Shown in pieces: positions 1-9,241 of a stretch of 64,000 nucleotides of DNA. The translations under genes and the position numbers were made by a program. Within the stretch, counting starts at the first letter, position 1. Every line of letters starts with the position of its first letter. The stretch covers positions 1,540-65,539 of the forward strand of contig JAJXTI010000001.1 of NCBI GenBank assembly GCA_021783915.1. Reading direction: 5' to 3'. The notes beneath the pieces were generated by a model. The model saw nothing but the letters and a program-made list of their open reading frames with translations, did no database searches and was not told where the DNA came from. Source of the stretch: a bacterium. GTDB taxonomy: Bacteria > Omnitrophota > Gorgyraeia > Zapsychrales > Fredricksoniimonadaceae.

Positions 1-1612
1 CAAATTTTTCAAAATAAGTCCATCGGTCATAGCGGGGACGGTTGCCTTTATAGAAAAACCACTTGATGTTATCGACAAAGTCTTTCCAGTCTTTGCCGCG
101 TGGCACCAAAGAATTAGGGCCATAAAGGAGCCCTTTGTCTTTTTGGACAATGAGCTTGTAAGACATCTGTATCAAGTGAAACAAAAAATACCCTATGGTA
201 ATAAGGCCACACACCCTGTGAAAATACCTGGTCACTTCCATGCCGCCTAAAAATGAAGCCAAGGCCTTTGCCCAAGGGGCGTAATAGTATTTCAAAGGGA
301 GACCTGTCATGACAAGGCCGAGGAAAGAGGTGACAACAACCCCGTGAAGCCTTCGCTGCAAATCGGAAAAACGACGGACGTACTGCTGCGAGTCTCTGTC
401 CACGACGAATTCCCGGCGGATGATCGCCACCACGCTCCTTTGAAACCATAAAAGCGTGTGCACTCCCCAGAAACCAAAGACACAGATCATTAACCATTTC
501 ATGAACTGGAATGTGTAATAGATAAGGGGCGAGCTGTCCTTGTCTTGCGGGTTGGCGTGGGGATCGTACCCAATGAAACGGTTGTTGATGTTGTTATGGC
601 ATTTGGCGCAAGTGGCCCTTAAATTGGCCTTGTTAACGCTCGACCGGGGATCTTTCGCAGGTAAAATTTCATGGGTGCTGTGGCAATCCACGCACTTGGC
701 AGATCTCATAAAACCTAAAGAAGTCGACTGCCCATGGAATGTGTCTGAATACGTGGCCACCTTGCCATGGTGGCAATGCCCACATTCGCCGGCAATGGCC
801 ATCCGCGACTGTTTGGTCTGCGTTTCATCCACGCCGTGTTCGCTATGGCAAGAAGTACAGACCGGAGCGTCTGGGCGGCCAGCCAGCCATAATTTTCCAT
901 GAATGCTTGTTATATATTGTTTGTAAATACCTTCATGACACTTGGCACATGTCTTGGGAACATTTTTCTTGGAAACCTCCGAATCCGGGTCAGAAGCCGG
1001 CTGTATTTCATGGGCCCCGTGGCAGTCCGCGCAAGTGGCCGACACGTTAAGCCCTTTAAAATGAACCCCCCTGCCATGGACACTGGTCAAATATTTTCTC
1101 ACAAAATCCGCTTTAGGAAGGTCCGGGTATTGCTTGAGGATTTCTTTATTAGTATGGCACTTCAGGCACCCTCCATCACTTCTTAGGTGGTTGGCCAAAG
1201 ACCGGGGGTCTTTAATGCTGAAAATATCATGCTTGCCGTGGCAATCCGGGCAACCAGGTAAATTAGGTTTGCCTTGCTTGGCAAGTTTGGAATGGATGCT
1301 TAAGGCGAATTTTTTTCCAACGTCTTTATGGCAGGAAGAACAATCGACTTTAGCTAGTTTCTCGGCGTGGGAGGTGTCTTTGACATCGCTATGGCAATCC
1401 ACACAAGCCAGCTTATTGTGCACGGATTCATTGAATATTTTTTGATCTATGACAGGGTCATTGTCCGCGTGGCAATCAAGGCACGCCTGGTTAGTCAATT
1501 TCTCCTGTGGTTTCTCTTGCGCTTTCTCTTGGGCGTAAATAGAGACCGCAGGGAAGGACAAAACAAAGGCCCAGAAAACCACCACAACATGTTTTTTATA
1601 TTTAATATTCAT
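1..1612 (-). CDS. Multiheme cytochrome c fused to a C-terminal cytochrome b (FdnI/HydC-type) membrane domain, CbcL-like; runs off window start
   Basis: Manual translation from ATG 1612: signal peptide MNIKYKKHVVVVFWAFVLSFPAVSIYA, then 11 CxxCH motifs (CLDCH, CVDCH, CSSCH, CPDCH, CLKCH, CADCH, CAKCH, CTSCH, CGHCH, CVDCH, CAKCH; frame checked for the first and last), then hydrophobic helices with GLVMTGLPLKY and FHRVCG. Not in the ORF track because it has no stop in the window. Confidence 0.85.
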   Translation of the reverse strand, partial: MNIKYKKHVVVVFWAFVLSFPAVSIYAQEKAQEKPQEKLTNQACLDCHADNDPVIDQKIFNESVHNKLACVDCHSDVKDTSHAEKLAKVDCSSCHKDVGKKFALSIHSKLAKQGKPNLPGCPDCHGKHDIFSIKDPRSLANHLRSDGGCLKCHTNKEILKQYPDLPKADFVRKYLTSVHGRGVHFKGLNVSATCADCHGAHEIQPASDPDSEVSKKNVPKTCAKCHEGIYKQYITSIHGKLWLAGRPDAPVCTSCHSEHGVDETQTKQSRMAIAGECGHCHHGKVATYSDTFHGQSTSLGFMRSAKCVDCHSTHEILPAKDPRSSVNKANLRATCAKCHNNINNRFIGYDPHANPQDKDSSPLIYYTFQFMKWLMICVFGFWGVHTLLWFQRSVVAIIRREFVVDRDSQQYVRRFSDLQRRLHGVVVTSFLGLVMTGLPLKYYYAPWAKALASFLGGMEVTRYFHRVCGLITIGYFLFHLIQMSYKLIVQKDKGLLYGPNSLVPRGKDWKDFVDNIKWFFYKGNRPRYDRWTYFEKF

Positions 1613-1676
1613 CCTAGACTATATTAAATATAAAATCCCCTTCTTGTCTGTGATAAGAATCACATCCGTTGGGACC

Positions 1677-2825
1677 CTATGGTTTTGTACCATTTATCAA
1701 ATAACTTCTCAGGGCCGGGTTTTTGAGTAAACTCCCGTAGTGAAAAACAACACAAGCGCCGCCGCCCGATTTTTCACATATATTAAATTCGTGGACAAAA
1801 ACAGACGGTGAATTCTCCAATTTATATGCCCCTTCAGCAATGTTAACTTTTGAAAAGTTTAAAACTTTTTGTTTTGCCTCCAAAATGTTTTTTTCAAACC
1901 TTGGAATTTCATCAGAGTAATCCATAATCGTCACAAAATCCACGAGACGGCTGTTGAGCCATGAAGGCCAGTCCTGGAACGCTTCCCTGTAGGCCCGCGT
2001 ATAGGAAACGCAGGCTGTTGTCGATATTTTGATGTTGGGACGCAGTTCCCGTGTCTTTTTGACAAGCCTCCTAAGTAACCCCGTGACCTGGTCGCGCTTC
2101 CATTGTCTCCAAACAGCATTGTTCTCGTCAACTGCTTGGCGGCCCATCTTTTTTTTAAAACGTTCTATATTGATTTTTGTATAGCCATACGCGGGGCGCG
2201 TGTCTGGGTAGCGAATATAATCAAATTGTATCCCGTCCAGGTCAGGGTAAGCCCGTAAAATCTCCTCCACGATCCTCGAAAGGTCTTGGCCCACGCGAGG
2301 GTCTCCAGGTTCAAGAAAATACTGTCCATCTATTTTATAGTCTTCCAATTTCTTCTTTCTTTTCAGGTTTCTGGTCAAAATTTCCGGGCCGTATTTTTTA
2401 AGAAATAAGGCCCCCTTGTTGTTGCCAAGACTTAATAGGTTGAGCCAGGCATGGACTTGTAGGCCTTGTCTATGGGCCTCTCGTATCAAAAAACCAAACG
2501 GGTCGCCTGAAAGACCCTTACGGCAAGTTTCATAATGGGTGGCGTCTGCCATTTTCGACGGGAACCAAGCCTGGTCCGCACGGTAAATCTGCACAAAAAG
2601 GACGTTGATATGGGCCCGTTTCGCGAAATCGACAAGGTTTATGATGTCTTTCCGGCTTGAAAAAACGGAAGGGTCTTGCGCTACCGAAACAAAGAGTCCT
2701 CTCTGTGGGGCCTGTTCTGCCTTGACAGGGACAACAAGTAAAAATGACAGGCATAATAAACACAAGACTGTTCTTTTTAAGATAACATCTTCCAAGAGAA
2801 GGCGGTGATTCAACAATGGGAGCAT
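1677..2825 (-). CDS. Exported glycoside hydrolase family 10-like protein (YddW/DUF187)
   Basis: Signal peptide, QVHAWLN, DGIQFDYIRYP, FQDWPSW motifs; start uncertain. Confidence 0.8.
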   Translation of the reverse strand: MLPLLNHRLLLEDVILKRTVLCLLCLSFLLVVPVKAEQAPQRGLFVSVAQDPSVFSSRKDIINLVDFAKRAHINVLFVQIYRADQAWFPSKMADATHYETCRKGLSGDPFGFLIREAHRQGLQVHAWLNLLSLGNNKGALFLKKYGPEILTRNLKRKKKLEDYKIDGQYFLEPGDPRVGQDLSRIVEEILRAYPDLDGIQFDYIRYPDTRPAYGYTKINIERFKKKMGRQAVDENNAVWRQWKRDQVTGLLRRLVKKTRELRPNIKISTTACVSYTRAYREAFQDWPSWLNSRLVDFVTIMDYSDEIPRFEKNILEAKQKVLNFSKVNIAEGAYKLENSPSVFVHEFNICEKSGGGACVVFHYGSLLKNPALRSYLINGTKP

Positions 2826-2832
2826 AACGCGA

Positions 2833-3693
2833 TTATATACCAAAAAGCGCTGCTTCCTTTGCCAAAATTGCTTTCTTGCGGACAATCCCCCACCGGTACC
2901 CCCCTAAGTGCCCGCCTGAACGAATGACCCTGTGGCAAGGAATTAAGTAGGCAATCGGATTCTCCCCAATGGCATGGCCTACTGCTCGTACCGATCGCGC
3001 ATGCCCGATTGACTCGGCCACGGTCGCATATGTCGCTAACTTGCCGGGTGGGATCTTTAAAATGGCCTCCCAGACTTTAATCTGAAAATTGGTCCCTTGG
3101 CATAGTAACTTCATTGGAGAAAATTTCTTCATTCCCGTCGTCCATGGAGTGAATATGCGTCGAACATACCCTTGAGTGCGTTTTTGATTCTGGGCAAGAC
3201 TGGCTTTGTTCCACTGTTTACGAAACTTTGCCAACATGTTTTTACGAGAGGATTTTTCTACAAAAGAGAGCCCGCAAATGCCCCTGTCTGTCAAGGCAAT
3301 GAAACAATCTCCCAGAGGGCTTGGGTGAAATCCATACTCAATTTTTGGCCCCTGGCCTTTATGTTTATACTCCCCCGGGCTCATGGCTTCATACTTGACA
3401 AATAAATCATGCATGCGGCCCGGGGCCGAAAGCCCCGCGGCGTAAGCGGCATCCAGCACACTGGAATTCTTTAATACGGCTCTGGCGTGTTCTTTGGTCA
3501 GAAATTGCAGGAACCTCTTTGGGCTGACTCCTGCCCAACGTTGAAAAATACGTTGGAAATGATATTCGCTGACCCCGGCAACTTTGGCAATGTCTTTCAA
3601 GCCTGGATGGTTTTCAAAGTTTTCTTGCAAAAAACGGATGGCTTTTTCTATGCGGACATAATCTTTTGACAACTGTATTCTATCATCTTTCAT
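2833..3693 (-). CDS. AraC-HTH / O6-methylguanine-DNA methyltransferase fusion (Ada-like)
   Basis: SEYHFQRIFQRWAGVSPK HTH and IPCHRV active site; RBS GAGGAG before ATG 3693. Confidence 0.9.
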   Translation of the reverse strand: MKDDRIQLSKDYVRIEKAIRFLQENFENHPGLKDIAKVAGVSEYHFQRIFQRWAGVSPKRFLQFLTKEHARAVLKNSSVLDAAYAAGLSAPGRMHDLFVKYEAMSPGEYKHKGQGPKIEYGFHPSPLGDCFIALTDRGICGLSFVEKSSRKNMLAKFRKQWNKASLAQNQKRTQGYVRRIFTPWTTGMKKFSPMKLLCQGTNFQIKVWEAILKIPPGKLATYATVAESIGHARSVRAVGHAIGENPIAYLIPCHRVIRSGGHLGGYRWGIVRKKAILAKEAALFGI

Positions 3694-3767
3694 GGGCGTC
3701 TCTCTCCTCGGACTGATTATACTTGTCCAGCGGAATCGCGCCACCCAATTCTTGCGATGAAAGAAAC

Positions 3768-4025
3768 CTATTGCCCTAGAAGGACACCATCAATGGAATA
3801 CCTCTTGATTGGCCCTACATGGATGCCATTTCTATATCTGCCCTGCTCTTTTAATTTCCCGTTTGGCCAATAATACTTATACGCTCCATTAAGCTGTTTT
3901 TTGTTGTTATATCTTACTACCGCTTTAATCCTTCCGTTGGGATAATGTTCTTTCATCACTTTAGCAAAACTTAAGCCGGTGAACGTAAGGACCAAAATAA
4001 CCGCTAACATTAAATATTTTCTCAT
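3768..4025 (-). CDS. Small exported MORN-variant repeat protein (YwqK-like)
   Basis: Signal peptide plus YPNGRIK / YWPNGKLKEQGRY repeats. Confidence 0.7.
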   Translation of the reverse strand: MRKYLMLAVILVLTFTGLSFAKVMKEHYPNGRIKAVVRYNNKKQLNGAYKYYWPNGKLKEQGRYRNGIHVGPIKRYSIDGVLLGQ

Positions 4026-4043
4026 TGTCCCCCCTTAATAAAA

Positions 4044-4059
4044 GTTGCCCTATTTGGAC
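4044..4059 (+). other. Left attachment site of the element
   Basis: GTTGCCCTATTTGGAC; the TTTGGAC arm is the inverted repeat of GTCCAAA at 13219-13225 in the reconstructed attP. Confidence 0.8.
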
Positions 4060-4125
4060 GAGTTTCGCAACTGGCTTTATTATGATTTGCCCGAGGAAAA
4101 ACATTTAATTCTTGCCTAATTGCCT

Positions 4126-4332
4126 CTATTCCTCGGCCTCTTCTTTTACCAGCTTGCCGTCCTTTAGGTAAAAAACTGCTTTATCAATCGGACACTCATA
4201 ACCAAATTCGGGAGAATCCTGCCGAACAACACAACCTCCCAAAAGATACCCGCTCGTGTCCTGTTCAGGAGTAATATACCCGTAAAGAACGGGCTTTTCA
4301 ATAAGAGTTGTTGAATGCTCGGGGCAATTCAT
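4126..4332 (-). CDS. Small Cys-containing hypothetical protein
   Basis: 68 aa, CPEH..YG..LGGC..ECP pattern, RBS GGAGG upstream. Confidence 0.6.
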   Translation of the reverse strand: MNCPEHSTTLIEKPVLYGYITPEQDTSGYLLGGCVVRQDSPEFGYECPIDKAVFYLKDGKLVKEEAEE

Positions 4333-4461
4333 ATTTAAAGCCTCCCTGTCCCCGCATTAAATATCTTAAAAATCGTTTATGCCTTTTTCACTATTGGCAA
4401 ACATTATACTTTGCTATAAAATGAGAATCAATTAAAACAAATCACAATCCCCATAAATATA

Positions 4462-5580
4462 ATGGCTTATTACAAAACGACCAATAATCATACAAAGAGA
4501 TTCACTAAAAAGCATTACGCCTTGGTAATAGAAGCTATCCGGCATGAATACCTCAACAACCCTTTGCCTCATACCGAGAGCTTTAGCACTCTCTTGGGCG
4601 TTGCTTCACAAACGATAGATGACTATAGACCCCAAGGCATTCCAATAAATCTAAATATTCCTGAACACTCCACGTTAAAAGAAATCCCCTTAGACCTCGT
4701 TGACCAAGTCATAAGTTGGTTAGAATTAGTTGATAAGGCTGTTTATGACCGCTCTGCCAGGGATTACGAACCGCACACACCGCTCGGAAGAATACCAATT
4801 AGCACCCGCAAGGAACCTAATCGTTTTTATCTTATCATTCCTGATTCTTTTAATAACTGGTATAACGGATATGCTGTTCGTCGTGATACCGCCCTTAATG
4901 ATTTAAGTGCTTTAAACCTTGAAAAGATATTCAACCTGGTCATGGACATCAACGATCAATTACAAATGAAACCAACTGAAGAGGTGGTCATAGGAATCGA
5001 CTCCCTCAATATAGACAAATTCCCTTTAATGAGCAGTCACATCATAGGGGATTCAAAGATTATGACCAGCTTCCGGCAAGATGCTTTGGACTATATGGAA
5101 CATGAATTTCTTATTTCATATTCTAAAATCGTCCCTGAGCTCGATAAAATTGCAATTAAACTAAATATTGAAGAATTTACCGCCTTCAAAAAGGAACTCG
5201 CATTAGTGTTTAAGGCAAGGGCTTCCCCATCCAAAGAAGATGCTGAATTAAAAAATGAGGTTTCTTATACCGTTACATTCAACGAAATGACTGGCGAAAT
5301 CCTAATCAATGACAAGGTATTTAAAAAAACTAACTTAGACAGCCTCGCAGACAGCGTTTTTACATTCCTGCATAAAAACCCAAACCGGAAAATAACAATC
5401 GGCGAGCTAAAGAAGGCGACCGGAAAACCCATTAAGGACTTACCAAAAGTAATCGAAAACGCTGGTTTTACAGGCAATCGGCTACGGGCATTTTTCAGAG
5501 TTGGCAAAGACGCTATCTATTTTAGGCCACAAGTTACCAAAGCCGATTTAGAAAAATTAAACATTTCATCCCTTGATTAG
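4462..5580 (+). CDS. Hypothetical protein with probable C-terminal winged-helix DNA-binding domain
   Basis: 372 aa; the C-terminal VFTFLHKNPNRKITIGEL segment resembles an OmpR-type wHTH. Confidence 0.55.
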   Translation: MAYYKTTNNHTKRFTKKHYALVIEAIRHEYLNNPLPHTESFSTLLGVASQTIDDYRPQGIPINLNIPEHSTLKEIPLDLVDQVISWLELVDKAVYDRSARDYEPHTPLGRIPISTRKEPNRFYLIIPDSFNNWYNGYAVRRDTALNDLSALNLEKIFNLVMDINDQLQMKPTEEVVIGIDSLNIDKFPLMSSHIIGDSKIMTSFRQDALDYMEHEFLISYSKIVPELDKIAIKLNIEEFTAFKKELALVFKARASPSKEDAELKNEVSYTVTFNEMTGEILINDKVFKKTNLDSLADSVFTFLHKNPNRKITIGELKKATGKPIKDLPKVIENAGFTGNRLRAFFRVGKDAIYFRPQVTKADLEKLNISSLD

Positions 5581-5636
5581 TCTTTTTCTTCCCTTAAACA
5601 GCCCTTAAAATTCCCTAAGTAGCCCTATCTCTCCCC
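5570..5636 (+). repeat. Helically phased CCCT repeats (putative protein-binding array)
   Basis: CCCT at 5570, 5591, 5602, 5613, 5623 and CCCC at 5633; spacing 21, 11, 11, 10, 10. Confidence 0.5.
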
Positions 5637-5661
5637 AATATCCGTTCCACTATCAAACGCC

Positions 5662-5853
5662 ATGCTACCCTATTTTTGTATGGCGAAATATCCTAAAGAA
5701 TACCTTGAAAAAACAATCCGCCTCTGGCAACCGTACAGCCCAGAGCCATTGACCCTTGAAGACGCCCAGGAAATAGCGGACAACGTCATCGGCCTTTATT
5801 CTTATTTAATCGAACTCAAACAAAAACATGACCAAAAAGAACCGAACCTATAA
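5662..5853 (+). CDS. Small hypothetical element protein
   Basis: 57-63 aa ORF overlapping the next gene; start may be ATG 5680. Confidence 0.6.
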   Translation: MLPYFCMAKYPKEYLEKTIRLWQPYSPEPLTLEDAQEIADNVIGLYSYLIELKQKHDQKEPNL

Positions 5854-6355
5854 CACAAAATATATTAAGGCACGGGACACCTACACGGTAAAGGAACTCG
5901 CTGAAGCAATGCCTGTTCATCCAAGAACGGTTCAAGCCTGGAGAAAGCAAGGTCTGTCGCCAGTGGCCGAGGACATGGGCTATCTTCTATTTTTAGGATT
6001 GGAGATTATTCGATTTTTAAAAGTTAAGCGTCAAAAACATAAGCATCCTCTTACCCCAGGGGAATTTTATTGTGTTACCTGCCGACAGCCGAGACACGGG
6101 CAGGCAGACAGCGTCTCCATTGTCCTTACAGGGAAGCCTCTTGGAAAATCTGCTAAACAAGCCTTCATTCGAGGCATTTGTGAAACTTGTGGCCGCCCGC
6201 TCCTGCTGTTTTCCTCTGACCTAAAAATAAGAAAAATGATAGATGGCGGATTGCTGTCCAAAGAACATCAAGCGGTATTATTGGGGGCTGATGATGGCTC
6301 CGTAAACACTGACATTAGGGGAGGTCAAAATAATGAAACTCAATTTAAAAAATGA
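5828..6355 (+). CDS. Excisionase/MerR-like HTH protein with C-terminal zinc ribbon
   Basis: YTVKELAEAMPVHPRTVQAWRKQGL HTH; CVTC...CETC. Confidence 0.7.
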   Translation: MTKKNRTYNTKYIKARDTYTVKELAEAMPVHPRTVQAWRKQGLSPVAEDMGYLLFLGLEIIRFLKVKRQKHKHPLTPGEFYCVTCRQPRHGQADSVSIVLTGKPLGKSAKQAFIRGICETCGRPLLLFSSDLKIRKMIDGGLLSKEHQAVLLGADDGSVNTDIRGGQNNETQFKK

Positions 6356-7391
6356 ACTCATCAAACGTAAGTTTTACCGTCGCTTGAAAGAAGCCGAAGG
6401 CATGGCCGAGGCCACTGTTGCAAATATTAAAAAAGCCGTTTTGCTCTATGAAGACTTCACCAAACAAGCTGACTTTATAAAATTCAACACCGATAAAGCC
6501 GTTGAATTTAAAAAATGGCTTCAAAAACGGGAATTTCGGGGTCAAACAATTTCTCTTACTACCTATCACAGCTATTTGCGGTATTTAATAAAATTCTTTA
6601 TATGGCTTTCGGGCGAGCCAGGTTATAAAAGCAGGATAACCCCAGACAAGATAGCCTATTTAAAATTGTCCCGCAAAGAGGAACGGATTGCCACTCAATA
6701 CATTCCCTGCAATTTCCCATCTCTGGAATATGTCCGAAAACTGGCTGACTCCATCCAAATCAACTGTGAAGTGGATATGCGGGATCGGGCTTTGATTGCC
6801 TTCGCCCTTTTAAGCGGGGCAAGAGACAAGGCGTTAGCCACTATCTCCCTGGGGTGTTTTGACGAAGACAATTTAATCATCAACCAAAATCCCCGTGCGG
6901 GCGTTGAAACGAAATTCGCCAAATTCATTGTTACTACCCTGCTCTGCTTTGATGAAAAACTGCTGGGCTTTGTTATCGAATGGGTCAAGTATCTAAAAAC
7001 TAAAGGCTTTGGCTTCCAAGACCCGCTTTTCCCCCGCTCCAAAGCAGACCAGGGAGAAAACAATTTGTCCTTTGAAAGTGCTAAGGACGTTGAGCCTGCG
7101 TTCTGGAAAACCACTGGACGGATAAGGGCGATTTTCAAAAAACGGGCGGAAGAGGCCAAAATGCGCTACTTCCCTCCGCACACCTTTAGACACGCCGCTA
7201 TCCATTTAGGACTTAAATCCTGCGTCAATGGGGAACAAATAAAGGCCATCAGTCAAAATTTCGGACACGAAAATGTAGCCACAACACTATCTTCATACGC
7301 AAATTATGATTCCACGACACTTAACGGCATCATAAGCCGTATTGACTTCTTGAAAAATCCGCCTGGAGAAAACAAACAAAATAACATTTGA
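6333..7391 (+). CDS. Tyrosine recombinase/integrase
   Basis: RDRALI..SGAR, HTFRH, FGH, terminal catalytic Y (LSSYA). Confidence 0.9.
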   Translation: MKLNLKNELIKRKFYRRLKEAEGMAEATVANIKKAVLLYEDFTKQADFIKFNTDKAVEFKKWLQKREFRGQTISLTTYHSYLRYLIKFFIWLSGEPGYKSRITPDKIAYLKLSRKEERIATQYIPCNFPSLEYVRKLADSIQINCEVDMRDRALIAFALLSGARDKALATISLGCFDEDNLIINQNPRAGVETKFAKFIVTTLLCFDEKLLGFVIEWVKYLKTKGFGFQDPLFPRSKADQGENNLSFESAKDVEPAFWKTTGRIRAIFKKRAEEAKMRYFPPHTFRHAAIHLGLKSCVNGEQIKAISQNFGHENVATTLSSYANYDSTTLNGIISRIDFLKNPPGENKQNNI

Positions 7392-7413
7392 CAACAGTAT
7401 AAAACGCTATATT

Positions 7414-7638
7414 ATGCAAAGAAAGGAACAAATCATGCCAGACCTCATCCGTCGACTCGATACCTACCGTCTGGAAAATAGAATTTCCCAGGAAGAACTT
7501 GCCCAACGGCTGAAAGTCGCTTTTTCGACAGTCAACCGCTGGCTCAACGGAAAATCGAAGCCAAACAAAATCCAAAGTTACCACATTGAAAAACTTGTAA
7601 AAACCGCCGCCAGGAGATCAAACAATGGCAACGCTTGA
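7414..7638 (+). CDS. XRE-family HTH regulator (possible R-M controller)
   Basis: ISQEELAQRLKVAFSTVNRWLNG; TTGACA at 7388 upstream; overlaps the mod start; true start may be ATG 7435. Confidence 0.85.
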   Translation: MQRKEQIMPDLIRRLDTYRLENRISQEELAQRLKVAFSTVNRWLNGKSKPNKIQSYHIEKLVKTAARRSNNGNA

Positions 7639-9241
7639 TTTTAAGGGTAAGTCTATCATCCAAAACTATCACCTGACGGTTAAGTATCACGAACTTTTGC
7701 CTCAAAAATCCAAAAGTATGACTGATAAGGTAAGCCTTAATGATAATCTCATCATCCACGGCGATAACTTAAAAGCCCTGAAAGCCCTTTTGCCCACGTA
7801 TGCGGGAAAGGTCAAATGTATTTATATTGATCCTCCCTATAACACGGGAAACGAAAACTGGATTTATAACGATAACGTCAATTCCCCCATGATGCAAGAA
7901 TGGCTCGGCAAGACCGTTGACAAAGAAGACCTCACTCGTCATGACAAGTGGCTCTGCCTGATGACCCCAAGATTAAAATTATTAAAAGACCTGTTAAAAG
8001 AAGATGGCATAATATTTATCTCAATCGACGATAATGAAATACATCGACTACGATTACTCATGGACGAACTATTTGGGGAGGGAAATTTTATTGCTCAATT
8101 AGGCTGGCAAAAAGTATACAGCCCCAAAAACCAATCAACCTACTTCTCCAATGATTATGAGTTTGTTTTATGCTACGCAAAAGATTTATCCAAAATAGAA
8201 ATAAACCTATTGCCAAGAACTACCGAGATGGATTCAAGATATAAGAATCCTGACAATGATCCTCGGGGAGATTGGAAATCTGGCGACCTGATTGCCAGTG
8301 AGGAACGCAAAAATGGTCACTACATTGTTAAAAGTCCTAAAACTGGAAAAGAATTTGACGCGCCTCCAGGAAAACATTGGTCATGCTCAAAAGAAAATAT
8401 GGAAAATTTCTTAGCTGATAACCGTATCTGGTTTGGTAAAGATGGTACCGCCTTCCCAAGCATGAAACAATTTTTAAGTGAAGTAAAACAAGGTCGAAAA
8501 GCATCAAGCCTACTAATGTATAAAGATTATGGACATACTGACGAAGCTAAGAAAGAAATAAAAAGCATCTTTTATGATTCTGAAAAAATCCCGTTCGATA
8601 CGCCAAAGCCTTTAAAGTTAATCAAAAATCTTATTACCCTTGGTTCAAACAAGGATAGCATTATTCTGGATTCATTCGCAGGAAGCGGGACAACGGGTCA
8701 CGCTGTTTTAGATTTAAACCAAGAAGATGGCGGGAAACGAAAATTTATTTTGATCGAATGCGAAAATTATGCTGAAAAAATTACATCTGAAAGAATTAAG
8801 AGAATTATTGAAGGTTTGCCTAAATCTACCGATATATCTTTAAACAAAAAATTAAACGGGTCATTCAGTTATTTTGAATTAGGCAAGCCTATTGAAATGG
8901 AAAATATTTTATCGGGTAAGAATCTGCCTACCTACAAAGAATTAGCCAGGTATATCTTCTACACAGCAACGGGCGAAGAATTTGAAGAAAAAAAGATCAA
9001 CGAAAAGCGTCAATTTATTGGCGAGTCCAAGAATTATGAAATATTTTTGCTCTACAATCCAGACATCACCTCTTTAAAAAAGACAGCCCTGACCCTTGAA
9101 TTGGCAAACAAGCTGGGAGAATTTAAAGGCAAACGCCGTCTTGTTTTTGCGCCGACAAAATATCTGGATAATGAACAGCTAAACCAACTCAAAATTGATT
9201 TTGCCCAACTACCATTTGAAATATACAAATTCGCCGAATAA
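7625..9241 (+). CDS. Type III restriction-modification methyltransferase (Mod)
   Basis: IYIDPPYN, TPKP, DSFAGSGTT motifs in beta-class order; coupled to Res. Confidence 0.92.
   Translation: MATLDFKGKSIIQNYHLTVKYHELLPQKSKSMTDKVSLNDNLIIHGDNLKALKALLPTYAGKVKCIYIDPPYNTGNENWIYNDNVNSPMMQEWLGKTVDKEDLTRHDKWLCLMTPRLKLLKDLLKEDGIIFISIDDNEIHRLRLLMDELFGEGNFIAQLGWQKVYSPKNQSTYFSNDYEFVLCYAKDLSKIEINLLPRTTEMDSRYKNPDNDPRGDWKSGDLIASEERKNGHYIVKSPKTGKEFDAPPGKHWSCSKENMENFLADNRIWFGKDGTAFPSMKQFLSEVKQGRKASSLLMYKDYGHTDEAKKEIKSIFYDSEKIPFDTPKPLKLIKNLITLGSNKDSIILDSFAGSGTTGHAVLDLNQEDGGKRKFILIECENYAEKITSERIKRIIEGLPKSTDISLNKKLNGSFSYFELGKPIEMENILSGKNLPTYKELARYIFYTATGEEFEEKKINEKRQFIGESKNYEIFLLYNPDITSLKKTALTLELANKLGEFKGKRRLVFAPTKYLDNEQLNQLKIDFAQLPFEIYKFAE

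Noticed and set aside
114-1627. Several short ORFs on both strands
   Set aside because: Shadows of the single minus-strand multiheme cytochrome gene 1-1612
1677-4025. GH10-like, Ada-like and MORN genes as island cargo
   Set aside because: They lie outside the left att core and share the host strand orientation
6333-7391. Tyrosine recombinase as the enzyme that inserted the island into tRNA-Gln
   Set aside because: There is no long duplicated tRNA 3' fragment. The 7-bp core, inverted arms around a central dinucleotide and location inside the serine recombinase gene fit the serine enzyme better, though this is not formally excluded.
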